Source: a virus (Duplodnaviria > Caudoviricetes). From it: a stretch of DNA of 47,949 nucleotides. Of this stretch, positions 1 through 8,093 are shown piece after piece (position 1 is the stretch's first letter; every line of letters starts with the position of its first letter). The stretch is from the IMG/VR virus record IMGVR_UViG_3300032295_002579, positions 1-47,949 of that record; one strand, given 5' to 3'. The notes below the pieces were generated by a model, which was given only the letters and a program-made list of their open reading frames with translations, was not told where the DNA came from and ran no database searches. Made by a program: the position numbers and the translations under genes.

Positions 1-2
1 TA

Positions 3-161
3 CAACGTAGAGCTGAATTGGGCGCTCAAGGGTTGTTGACTGGCAAGCGTGGTAGGCCTGTTAATCCAAATAGCCCTCGTCAACAACGTGTTCAAGCACT
101 TGCTGAAAAGCGCGCTAATGGTACTTTGAAATTGGGTCGACCAAAAGTTAAAAAAGACTAA
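3..161 (+). CDS. 3' end of a small basic protein with AT-hook-like GRP motifs (5'-truncated by window)
   Basis: Open frame 3-161 reads QRRAELGAQGLLTGKRGRPVNPNSPRQQRVQALAEKRANGTLKLGRPKVKKD*; followed by a terminator; absent from the ORF track. Confidence 0.7.
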   Translation, partial: QRRAELGAQGLLTGKRGRPVNPNSPRQQRVQALAEKRANGTLKLGRPKVKKD

Positions 162-182
162 CTAAAAAAGTCATAACTCAAT

Positions 183-212
183 AAAGGGCCTTCTTTGTGA
201 AGGCCTTTTTTT
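183..212 (+). terminator. Intrinsic terminator
   Basis: GGCCTTC-tttgt-GAAGGCC stem (187-205) followed by T7, 25 nt after the stop at 161. Confidence 0.85.
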
Positions 213-220
213 ATTGGTGC

Positions 221-355
221 GATATCGGGCCGATGGCAGTATGATAGCGGTATGCTAGCAGGCCCACGGCGAGCCGCTGTCAATCGATGCGCGGTTGGTA
301 GGCCGTGGGTGTGTGATGGAGAGAGCGACTCCGAACACTTTTCACCCACCACGCC
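221..355. other. GC-rich non-coding island with hairpin potential
   Basis: 78/130 G+C over 221-350 in a very AT-rich window; CCCACGGC 263-270 complements GCCGTGGG 302-309, AGCCGC 272-277 pairs with GCGGTT 291-296. Confidence 0.55.
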
Positions 356-431
356 TTGTATATACTTCTATATCTAACCCACAAGTACTCTTACTTTTTC
401 AAAATGACCCTTCAATTTAAAATCCACAAAA

Positions 432-463
432 TCACAACCAAATCCAAAACAAACTTTTACTTT
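432..463 (+). repeat. 32-bp direct repeat, copy 1 (copy 2 at 1139-1170)
   Basis: TCACAACCAAATCCAAAACAAACTTTTACTTT vs TCACAACCAAACCCAAAACAAACTTTTACTTT, 1 mismatch. Confidence 0.85.
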
Positions 464-554
464 TAAACACCAAATATATACCCCTTAAACTATGAAATTC
501 GTTGAATCTTGTGTCGTATTATCGACTAAGAAGTAAACCACATGACCTTATGTG

Positions 555-586
555 AAAAAAAGAAGTACGGTAAAATACCGCACTTC
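555..586 (-). terminator. Intrinsic terminator of the minus-strand gene 615-1022
   Basis: On minus strand GAAGTGCGGTA-ttt-TACCGTACTTC (one G.U pair) followed by T7. Confidence 0.8.
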
Positions 587-614
587 CCTTTAAATTAATA
601 GACTTTATTAAATT

Positions 615-1022
615 TTAATACCCGCCAAAGAAAATTTTACTTTCATTTAAAGATGAAGGACCTTGTTTTTGTTTGTCTTTGGGAGCTTGGTGACCTTTTT
701 CTTTTTCTTTAGTGCCAGCACCTTCTTTAAAGTCTCCAATGCCTTTAATTCCTGCTACTTTACTTTGCATCCAACCAGCAAATGCTTCAATGGCTTCTTT
801 CATTTTTACATCTTCGGCATAAGACATTCCTTCACTAGCTTTATAAAACAAAGCAGGCAACTTGGTAAAGTCAACATACTTGCCTCCAACTTGTTTTTTA
901 TAATTGGGATTGATGAAATCATCTTCTTTAAGACTATTCTTTTTTTCAGCTTTTACTTTCATTTTTTCTTGATAAGTAAGCTTATTTTCTACTAAATACT
1001 TTTTAAAGTTAAAGTTGTCCAT
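615..1022 (-). CDS. Hypothetical protein, probable head-associated (MDNFNFKKYLVENKL leader)
   Basis: 135-aa ORF with own upstream motifs and terminator; N-terminus resembles that of 39786 ORF, C-terminal peptide shared with 5883 ORF. Confidence 0.8.
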   Translation of the reverse strand: MDNFNFKKYLVENKLTYQEKMKVKAEKKNSLKEDDFINPNYKKQVGGKYVDFTKLPALFYKASEGMSYAEDVKMKEAIEAFAGWMQSKVAGIKGIGDFKEGAGTKEKEKGHQAPKDKQKQGPSSLNESKIFFGGY

Positions 1023-1037
1023 AGTTTTAATTTGACT

Positions 1038-1046
1038 ATAAATATT
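1038..1046 (-). promoter_or_regulatory. Class L motif AATATTTAT (putative late promoter)
   Basis: Same motif found upstream of 13 plus-strand genes; here inverted together with the gene. Confidence 0.65.
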
Positions 1047-1088
1047 ATAAAATCAAACAATACGTCAAAGAACATTGTGTACTCCCAC

Positions 1089-1118
1089 ATTATAAAATCT
1101 TTTTTCGAAAATGCCAAA
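1089..1118 (-). promoter_or_regulatory. Class E promoter-like TTTGG-N19-TATAAT
   Basis: Same spacing as copies at 7458 and 26162. Confidence 0.6.
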
Positions 1119-1138
1119 TTTTTCTAAAGACCCAATTT

Positions 1139-1170
1139 TCACAACCAAACCCAAAACAAACTTTTACTTT
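1139..1170 (+). repeat. 32-bp direct repeat, copy 2
   Basis: See 432-463. Confidence 0.85.
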
Positions 1171-1205
1171 CAATGAAAAAATATATACATAGTCATGTAG
1201 TCTAC

Positions 1206-1226
1206 TTGAGTTAACTCAATATTTAT
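1206..1226 (+). promoter_or_regulatory. 14-bp palindrome TTGAGTTAACTCAA overlapping class L motif AATATTTAT
   Basis: Perfect palindrome 1206-1219; motif 1218-1226; ATG at 1232. Confidence 0.55.
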
Positions 1227-1231
1227 CGACG

Positions 1232-4200
1232 ATGATTTCATTGAGTAAAATTTTCAAAACCAACAAACTTTCGTATATACTTAGGGAAAGTAAAGAAGAC
1301 GACTTTACTGTAGACGCTCCTAAAGATTGGAACATAAATGACTTAAAAATAGGAGACACCATTGTGCCCAACATGTGGAATCTAGAAAGAATAGAACAAG
1401 CCATTTCACAAGACATGATATCATTTCCCAATTGGTTTGCTGAGCCCCACACAATAGAATCTTTTACACACCATGAAGACGTTGCTTTTACTGATGGCAC
1501 TAAGAGATCTTTATACTTTTTAAAAATATTTTTACAACCCCAATATCAAATAAACATAGACCCTTTAAATGAGTCTCAAGACGAATTCAATATAGACACT
1601 CCTAAAGGGTGGGACATTGGAGAATTGAAAGTTGGAGATAAACTTATTCCCGACATGTTTCAACCTAACACAAATTTATATGATTGGGCTTCTAGTTTTG
1701 ACCTAACTCTTAAAAAAATTGACTTTAGAAACAATAAAATAACTTATATTCTTACCTATGTTAATGGTGAAACAAACACAGGAAAATGGAATTTAGATTA
1801 TTTTGAAAAAGACTTAGCACCTGGTTATGAATTGAAAAGACCATCATTAAGTGAATCAGATGACGAGTTTACTGTAGACGTGCCTGAAAGAGAAGGTTGG
1901 GACGAAACTGAATTAAGAGCAGGACACTACTTCAACATGTCTACAAATCCTGACTTTAGTGGAGTTTGGAACAATTTAGAAGATGTTCCTAAAAGTATAC
2001 GACATTTCATCAAACAGGTTATATACATAGGACCTAATGTAGGTCAATATAAAAGCCCTGAATATAAAGATCACGTAAATATAATCGCTTACAATTTTCC
2101 AACAGATAAAGACAAAAAAGATAAACTTTACGCTATATCTTTTGAAGAATTCAATAAAAGATGGAACAAAATGATGAATGCTTCTGTATATAGTTATTTA
2201 GAAGAGTCTCAAGATGAATTTAATGTTGATGCTCCTTTAGACTGGGATGAATATGATGGAAATGTTATAATTACTTATGAAATAGAAAATGAAGGAGAAG
2301 TTTATGTTCCTGTAGCAGATGAAGAAGAATTTGAACGTTTAAATCCAAACATTAAAATAAATTATGGTACAGAACCAATTTATGTAGATACTACTTATAA
2401 ATCAAAATCTGTAAACATAAATGAACTTATAAAAGAATTAGAAAATTATTCTGATGAATTGCTTCCATTTACAGGACCTAAAACAACTGAAAATTTTAAA
2501 ACATGGATAGGAAATGATGATTATTATTTATCATATGCTTATCAATTTTTAGATCCAACAGAAATAGAAAATAAATATAAAACTGATGATCGTAAGCCTG
2601 TTAGAGTTACCAAAAAAATGAAAGAAAACATATATTGGCGTTATGATGATGATATCGTTGATATAAAAATTTTAGACGTTCAATTTATTGACAACATAAA
2701 TGAAAGTAAAGACGAGTTTGCAGTAGACGCTCCTAAAGATTGGAACGTTATTGAACTGACTGTAGGAGATGAGGTTACACCTGATATGTGGAAAGAAACG
2801 CCTGATTCTCCTAATTCAATTCTTCTGACTAGTTTTGTTAAAGGAGGTACTTACAACGATGATGATCTAGATGCTATTGTTTTAAAAATATCTGGAAGGG
2901 ACTATGAATCTAGATGGGAACTTAATTATATAAATAGTTTGTTAAAACCTGAATATCTAATAGTTCCACCTACTGATTTATATGAATCAGACGAATTTAC
3001 TGTAGACGCTCCTAAAGATTGGAATAAAATTGAATTAACAGTAGGAAGTCTTATTACTCCTGACATGTACACAGATGAAGCTGTAGAAAGATGGAATTAT
3101 TTATCTAATCAAAAAATGGGATCAAAAACATGGGGACAAAGTGTAGGTTATTTTTGGACAAAGCCTCAAACAATTTATAAAGTATTTCCTACTTATGATG
3201 GTAATTATGACTTAGAACTTGAAAGTGGTTTAACTTTATTAAGTAGTGACCTAAAAGATCAATATTCAATTGTTTCAAATATGTTTGAATCTGAAGATGA
3301 ATATAATGTAGACGCTCCTAAAGAATGGAATTTTAAAGAATTAGGCATAGGAGACTCAATTGTGTCTGGTATGTTTAAAAATCCAAGATCAAGTAAACGT
3401 TTTTGGATGCCTGGAGTATCTGAAATGATAATTACAGAATTTGATCCTCAAAGACAATGGTTAGTAAGAGTAATGCCTAAAGGAGGAAACATTAAAACAG
3501 ATTTAGAACCTTGGAACATTTATAGTGTCAATCAAGAATTAAAAGATCAATATAAAATAGTATTTCCTGAAGACTTAGTAGAATCTACAGACGAATTCAC
3601 TGTTGATGCTCCTCAAGATTGGAGTGTAATTGAATTAAAAGTAGGAGACACTATTACTCCTGACATATGGGAAAGAGATAATTTTATTCAAGAAACTGTT
3701 ACTATTGCAGATATATGGTATGAACCCGAAACTGAGGAAGACTATGGGGGTTATATAGTTCGTTTAAATTTCCCACATGGTAGAATATATGATCTTGATT
3801 TAGATATATTAAATGATAATTTAAAATATCCATACCAAATATTTTCACCATTAAATGAAAGTGATGAATTTAGTGTAGACGTTCCTCAAGGTTGGAATAT
3901 TAAAGAATTAGGCGTAGGTGATATTTTAAATAATACCAATATGGAAATATCAGATGTTAATTTTTCTTATAAAATTACTGATTTTAAGAAAAATGAATTT
4001 GGATCTGATTTGGTAGGTATAATTAAATATGAAGTAGATGACAATGGAGTAAAACAACAAAATAAAAAACCTAGTTATTGGTATGTTTCTATGGTAAATA
4101 AAAAATTAAAACCTGGATATCAAGTAGTTGTTCCTGAACCATTAAAAGAATCTGATGATGATTTCAATGTTACACCTGATGAAAGTTGGAATGTTACATA

Positions 4201-5158
4201 CTTACAAGTAGGAGACAAAATTACCTACGACATGCTTAGAGATGGTTCTACAGATAAACGGTGGTTTAGTAAAAATAAAGACGCTTACATTGAACTTGAA
4301 GATTTTAAAAATGGAATGTATACTGTTAGTCAATACAATCCAAAAGATAACTCATTTTCACGTTATCGAGTAGTTCCTGAATGGTTTAATAATAGTACAT
4401 TAGATCCTCAATATAAACTTGATGTTCCATTAGATAACCAAGTAAATATGTTTGGTTTAGATGAATCTGATGATGATTTTACAGTAGATGCTCCTAAAGA
4501 ATGGGGTATTGAAGGACTAACAGTTGGAGATACTTTAGATCCTTCTAATCTTAAAATGCAAAATTTTAGAAAAAAATATGAAATTTTAGGCTTTATACAA
4601 AGACCCTGGGGAAATGACGTAAGACTTGGAGTATATGAATTAGTAGAAGAACCAATACCTGGAACTAGAAGAACAAGTAAACAATGGAAACAGGTAAAAG
4701 TTTATTATGCTAGTTTAAAAGGTTTAGAAGATTTATTGAAACCTGGTTATGAAATAGTACCTAACACAATAGTAGAATCTGATGACGATTTTACAGTAGA
4801 TGCTCCTAAAGAATGGAATTTAAATTATGAACAACCTATTAATATTACTATATCATATGAAGAAGAAGTAAGAGATAGAACTGGAAAATATGGAGTTTTA
4901 CTGAAATCTTATTTTACACAAACTAATTTAACAGAATTAGAACAAATATCTGGTTATAATTTTCCATATGATGAATTAACTCCTTCCAATGTTCAAAAAT
5001 TTATAATAGATGATCAAGATTTACTAATAGAAATAGAAGACATGGCAGAAAATTCAAATATTGAAGTAATTGAATCATATAATGGTTTTGATTTTGATAA
5101 TTACCAAGTTAGAGGTCTAAATAATTTTTATGTAGATGTTGAACTTCCTGTGGCTTGA
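1232..5158 (+). CDS. 1308-aa modular repeat protein, 12 units; putative protease-processed polyprotein
   Basis: Twelve [LIM]xES-acidic-FxVDAPxxW-type boxes separated by divergent modules, unit length about 92-166 aa. Confidence 0.9.
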   Translation: MISLSKIFKTNKLSYILRESKEDDFTVDAPKDWNINDLKIGDTIVPNMWNLERIEQAISQDMISFPNWFAEPHTIESFTHHEDVAFTDGTKRSLYFLKIFLQPQYQINIDPLNESQDEFNIDTPKGWDIGELKVGDKLIPDMFQPNTNLYDWASSFDLTLKKIDFRNNKITYILTYVNGETNTGKWNLDYFEKDLAPGYELKRPSLSESDDEFTVDVPEREGWDETELRAGHYFNMSTNPDFSGVWNNLEDVPKSIRHFIKQVIYIGPNVGQYKSPEYKDHVNIIAYNFPTDKDKKDKLYAISFEEFNKRWNKMMNASVYSYLEESQDEFNVDAPLDWDEYDGNVIITYEIENEGEVYVPVADEEEFERLNPNIKINYGTEPIYVDTTYKSKSVNINELIKELENYSDELLPFTGPKTTENFKTWIGNDDYYLSYAYQFLDPTEIENKYKTDDRKPVRVTKKMKENIYWRYDDDIVDIKILDVQFIDNINESKDEFAVDAPKDWNVIELTVGDEVTPDMWKETPDSPNSILLTSFVKGGTYNDDDLDAIVLKISGRDYESRWELNYINSLLKPEYLIVPPTDLYESDEFTVDAPKDWNKIELTVGSLITPDMYTDEAVERWNYLSNQKMGSKTWGQSVGYFWTKPQTIYKVFPTYDGNYDLELESGLTLLSSDLKDQYSIVSNMFESEDEYNVDAPKEWNFKELGIGDSIVSGMFKNPRSSKRFWMPGVSEMIITEFDPQRQWLVRVMPKGGNIKTDLEPWNIYSVNQELKDQYKIVFPEDLVESTDEFTVDAPQDWSVIELKVGDTITPDIWERDNFIQETVTIADIWYEPETEEDYGGYIVRLNFPHGRIYDLDLDILNDNLKYPYQIFSPLNESDEFSVDVPQGWNIKELGVGDILNNTNMEISDVNFSYKITDFKKNEFGSDLVGIIKYEVDDNGVKQQNKKPSYWYVSMVNKKLKPGYQVVVPEPLKESDDDFNVTPDESWNVTYLQVGDKITYDMLRDGSTDKRWFSKNKDAYIELEDFKNGMYTVSQYNPKDNSFSRYRVVPEWFNNSTLDPQYKLDVPLDNQVNMFGLDESDDDFTVDAPKEWGIEGLTVGDTLDPSNLKMQNFRKKYEILGFIQRPWGNDVRLGVYELVEEPIPGTRRTSKQWKQVKVYYASLKGLEDLLKPGYEIVPNTIVESDDDFTVDAPKEWNLNYEQPINITISYEEEVRDRTGKYGVLLKSYFTQTNLTELEQISGYNFPYDELTPSNVQKFIIDDQDLLIEIEDMAENSNIEVIESYNGFDFDNYQVRGLNNFYVDVELPVA

Positions 5159-5178
5159 TGTAAAATAATTATTATAAT
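5149..5178 (+). promoter_or_regulatory. Class E promoter-like TGTGG-N19-TATAAT
   Basis: Same spacing as other copies; ATG 6 nt after the hexamer. Confidence 0.5.
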
Positions 5179-5184
5179 AAGGTT

Positions 5185-5862
5185 ATGTGGACTGTAGTTT
5201 TAATATCAATTGGTATTTTATTTTTAAGTTTTTTACTTTTAGGGTACATTTCTCCTTACTTTAAAGATAATACAGATATTTTTACAATCCAAAAAGAAAA
5301 AATTAAAGAAGTTTTAGTTGAAAGAATTATTGAAAAAGAAGTAATTAAAGAAGTAGAAGTACCTGTAGAAAAAATCATTATTAAAGAGGTTCCTGTTGAA
5401 GTAATTAAAGAGGTACCTGTTGAAAAAATAGTTGAAATAATTAAGGAAGTAGAAGTACCTGTAGAAAAAATTGTAAAAGTAGAAGAAAGTGATTGGAAAA
5501 ATGTAGGTTTAGAACTTTATAACACAACAGATTTAGACTTGTTTCTTGAATTGTTAGAATCTTTAAAAGGAAAAGAAGTTTTACTAGTTACTGATGCTTC
5601 ATATGTAGTTGATGCTGATTTTAAAGACCATAAATCTTATAAAGGTACTTTAAATAATTTTGAAGTTTTAGAAGGAAGATTTCCTCATCAACCTATAGTA
5701 AAATTTAACATAAATGTGTCTTCATTTATTGGAACACCAGTCAATTTATCATGGATTTATGATAAATACAAATTAGAATTAGATTTTAGTAGTACAGAAT
5801 TAGTTCAAAACTTTCTAAAAACAGGAGTTCTCCAAAATGAATTGTTTCTTGTGAAAAATTAA
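5185..5862 (+). CDS. Membrane-anchored protein with VEK/KEVP low-complexity repeats
   Basis: Hydrophobic N-terminal segment followed by repeated KEV(E/P)VPVEKI units. Confidence 0.8.
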   Translation: MWTVVLISIGILFLSFLLLGYISPYFKDNTDIFTIQKEKIKEVLVERIIEKEVIKEVEVPVEKIIIKEVPVEVIKEVPVEKIVEIIKEVEVPVEKIVKVEESDWKNVGLELYNTTDLDLFLELLESLKGKEVLLVTDASYVVDADFKDHKSYKGTLNNFEVLEGRFPHQPIVKFNINVSSFIGTPVNLSWIYDKYKLELDFSSTELVQNFLKTGVLQNELFLVKN

Positions 5863-5882
5863 TATTTATATCATATATAATT

Positions 5883-7268
5883 ATGATTAAGTTAAAAGAT
5901 CTATTGTTAGAAGCTCCTGCTAAACCCGCTCCTGCTCCTGCTAAACCTGAAAGATCTACAGAACCTGATGTAGCTCCTGGAAGACCTGCTAAACCTCAAC
6001 CTAGAAGAAGATCAGTTCCTTCACCTGAAACTAGTCCTACTCCAGCACCTAAAGCAGAAAAACAGCAAGGTAAAAAAGAACCTGCTCATCAAGCTCCCAA
6101 AGACAAAGACAAACAAGGACCTTCTTCAGTTAACGAAGAAAGCGATGTAATGAAAAAAATTGTAGATCGTTACATGAAAGCTTTCAATAAATTAAGTGAA
6201 GCTGAATATGAAAAAATATTTGATCCTGAAACTTTAGGTAAATTAAAAGGGAGTGTTGCTCAAAGATTACAAGGAAAAAATCCAATGCAGATTGCAGGTA
6301 CTATGCAACAACTAGCTATGCAAGTAATGCAGTTAGAAAAAGGAAATGAAGACTTGTTAGAACAATTAGCTTATGATGTTGTATATGAAGCTTATCCTTA
6401 TTTAAAAAACAATGAAGATGTTATTGAAATAGATGCTAAAATTGTTCCTCAAAATCAAGTTAAAGATGCTTTAAAAAAAGATGAAGAAGATGAAGTGTGT
6501 TTAGCTTGTATGAGAAAAGAAGAAGAACAAGAAATGAAAGATGATATCTTAGCTGATTTAAAGAAAAGAAGACTAATAAATGCTATTACTCAGGGTGGTT
6601 CAACATTTAGTAAAACTGCTCATTATTTAAAACAAGAATATATCGATATTATTGGTGGAGAAGGAACTTCTGATAAATACAGAGATTTAATGCAAGCTTC
6701 TCTTGATATAATTGATTTTATAACTATGATGGCTGGCTCAGGTATGCCTGGTGGTGGAGCTGGAGGTGGAGGTATGGAAGATAGTGCTGTTGGAGCTGAA
6801 ACAGTTTTTTATGATTTTGAAAAAGAAAAATGGATTATCAAAGCAAGAGCTGTTTGTTTTCCTGTTTTAGTTTTAGAAATTGTTAAAGGAATGTATGAAA
6901 TCATTAGTTTATTTGGATTTAGTGATTTAGAAAGAGGAGAAAAAGTAGTTAGTAATGTAGATAAAATAGAAAATGAACCTACTGATATTGCTTATGGACA
7001 AATGATTACTAAAAATCTTTTTGATTTAATCAATAAATTAGAATCAAATGTTACACCTGATGAAAGAGACGACTTTTTACAAGACATTTATAAATTATCT
7101 AACGAAGAATTTATTAAATTAATTACTAACGTTATTAATAATAAGGTTGATACCAATCAAATGAATATGTTGAAAGGTAAATTTTCTCAAATGCGTCAAG
7201 ATAAAACAGCAGATGATGCTGATAATGCTTTATTTGAAAGATGGGCTAGAATAGCTGGGTTGAGATAA
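5883..7268 (+). CDS. Hypothetical protein with MIKLKDLLLE leader and Pro-rich N-terminus, probable head protein
   Basis: 461-aa ORF; class L motif at 5861-5869; ends ERWARIAGLR. Confidence 0.8.
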   Translation: MIKLKDLLLEAPAKPAPAPAKPERSTEPDVAPGRPAKPQPRRRSVPSPETSPTPAPKAEKQQGKKEPAHQAPKDKDKQGPSSVNEESDVMKKIVDRYMKAFNKLSEAEYEKIFDPETLGKLKGSVAQRLQGKNPMQIAGTMQQLAMQVMQLEKGNEDLLEQLAYDVVYEAYPYLKNNEDVIEIDAKIVPQNQVKDALKKDEEDEVCLACMRKEEEQEMKDDILADLKKRRLINAITQGGSTFSKTAHYLKQEYIDIIGGEGTSDKYRDLMQASLDIIDFITMMAGSGMPGGGAGGGGMEDSAVGAETVFYDFEKEKWIIKARAVCFPVLVLEIVKGMYEIISLFGFSDLERGEKVVSNVDKIENEPTDIAYGQMITKNLFDLINKLESNVTPDERDDFLQDIYKLSNEEFIKLITNVINNKVDTNQMNMLKGKFSQMRQDKTADDADNALFERWARIAGLR

Positions 7269-7296
7269 TTTGGATTTTTAAATATTATTTATTATA

Positions 7297-7431
7297 ACTA
7301 GTCATGTGGTAACACAGACTAGTAAGTCTTAAATTACATACGGAAAACCTATGGGCGGTTCTAAATGGTATGATTTTCCTTAAATCAATATATTTATGCT
7401 CAGTTTTTATTAATTAGTTTGTTTTCCTGAG
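7297..7431 (+). ncRNA. Candidate structured intergenic element
   Basis: ACTAGTC-a-TGTG-GTAA-CACA-GACTAGT hairpin with GNRA loop plus further complementary segments in a 190+ nt gap; TTTGG at 7269 upstream. Confidence 0.35.
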
Positions 7432-7457
7432 ATATGGGGGAGAAAAATAAATCTAAG

Positions 7458-7487
7458 TTTGGAAATAAATTCCCTAAATGTTATAAT
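7458..7487 (+). promoter_or_regulatory. Class E promoter-like TTTGG-N19-TATAAT
   Basis: ATG at 7495 lies 7 nt downstream of the hexamer. Confidence 0.65.
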
Positions 7488-7494
7488 AGAAGAT

Positions 7495-7851
7495 ATGATA
7501 GAAAAATTAATAGAACGAATTCAGGAATACCAGAAAAATAATGGTACTGAATACGAACCACAAATTATTTTATTTAAGTTATCAGGGTGTAACGTATGTA
7601 AGTCTTTAGAAACCAATTTAATGGTTGACGGATGGAGTTATGAATCATTTGATTTTATGGAAGATAAACACAGTGATATGGCTGATGAAGTAGAAATGAT
7701 TTTAAATTCAAACCATTACCCTATTGTGTGTATTACATACCCAGAAACTAAAATTATTATGCCTGAGTCTCCAGTTAGACATGATAAATTAATAACAAAT
7801 TTAAATACAGAAATATCATTTTATAAACAATTAACACCACATTTAATATGA
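7495..7851 (+). CDS. Glutaredoxin/thioredoxin-fold protein
   Basis: SGCNVC CxxC motif and YPIV cis-Pro-like motif; start moved from TTG 7459 to ATG 7495. Confidence 0.65.
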   Translation: MIEKLIERIQEYQKNNGTEYEPQIILFKLSGCNVCKSLETNLMVDGWSYESFDFMEDKHSDMADEVEMILNSNHYPIVCITYPETKIIMPESPVRHDKLITNLNTEISFYKQLTPHLI

Positions 7852-8090
7852 GAAACAAACGAAACGTACAAAGAACCTTAGGTGAAATAGAAGCTATTCA
7901 GTCTTCATTTATTCAGTTTATTCGCAACACTAAACTTACAGAAGGTGAAAGATCAATTTTAGAACGTCAAATTAAAGCATCACATGATGCCTTTGAACAA
8001 ATGAGAACTTTTTTAAATCAGGAAGATGAAGAATACAATACTCCTGTATTAAAAGCTCCCCAATATAATATTAACTCAGGAAGGTTTTAA
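7848..8090 (+). CDS. Hypothetical protein
   Basis: 80-aa ORF coupled to neighbours. Confidence 0.7.
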   Translation: MRNKRNVQRTLGEIEAIQSSFIQFIRNTKLTEGERSILERQIKASHDAFEQMRTFLNQEDEEYNTPVLKAPQYNINSGRF

Positions 8091-8093
8091 TTT

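Noticed and set aside
158-352. 64-aa minus-strand ORF
   Set aside because: Runs through a terminator and the GC-rich island; no supporting start signals, atypical composition
663-995. 110-aa Phe-rich plus-strand ORF
   Set aside because: Antisense shadow of the Lys/Glu-rich gene 615-1022, which has promoter motifs and a terminator
1286-4816. CRISPR array or DGR suggested by the repeat-spacer pattern
   Set aside because: Repeats are in-frame coding boxes 276-498 nt apart; no cas genes, reverse transcriptase or adenine-specific TR/VR pair seen in the window
7459-7494. N-terminal extensions from alternative starts (also 26163, 33068, 37769, 40199)
   Set aside because: They start inside promoter-like motifs or upstream genes; downstream ATGs fit promoter spacing or gene coupling better
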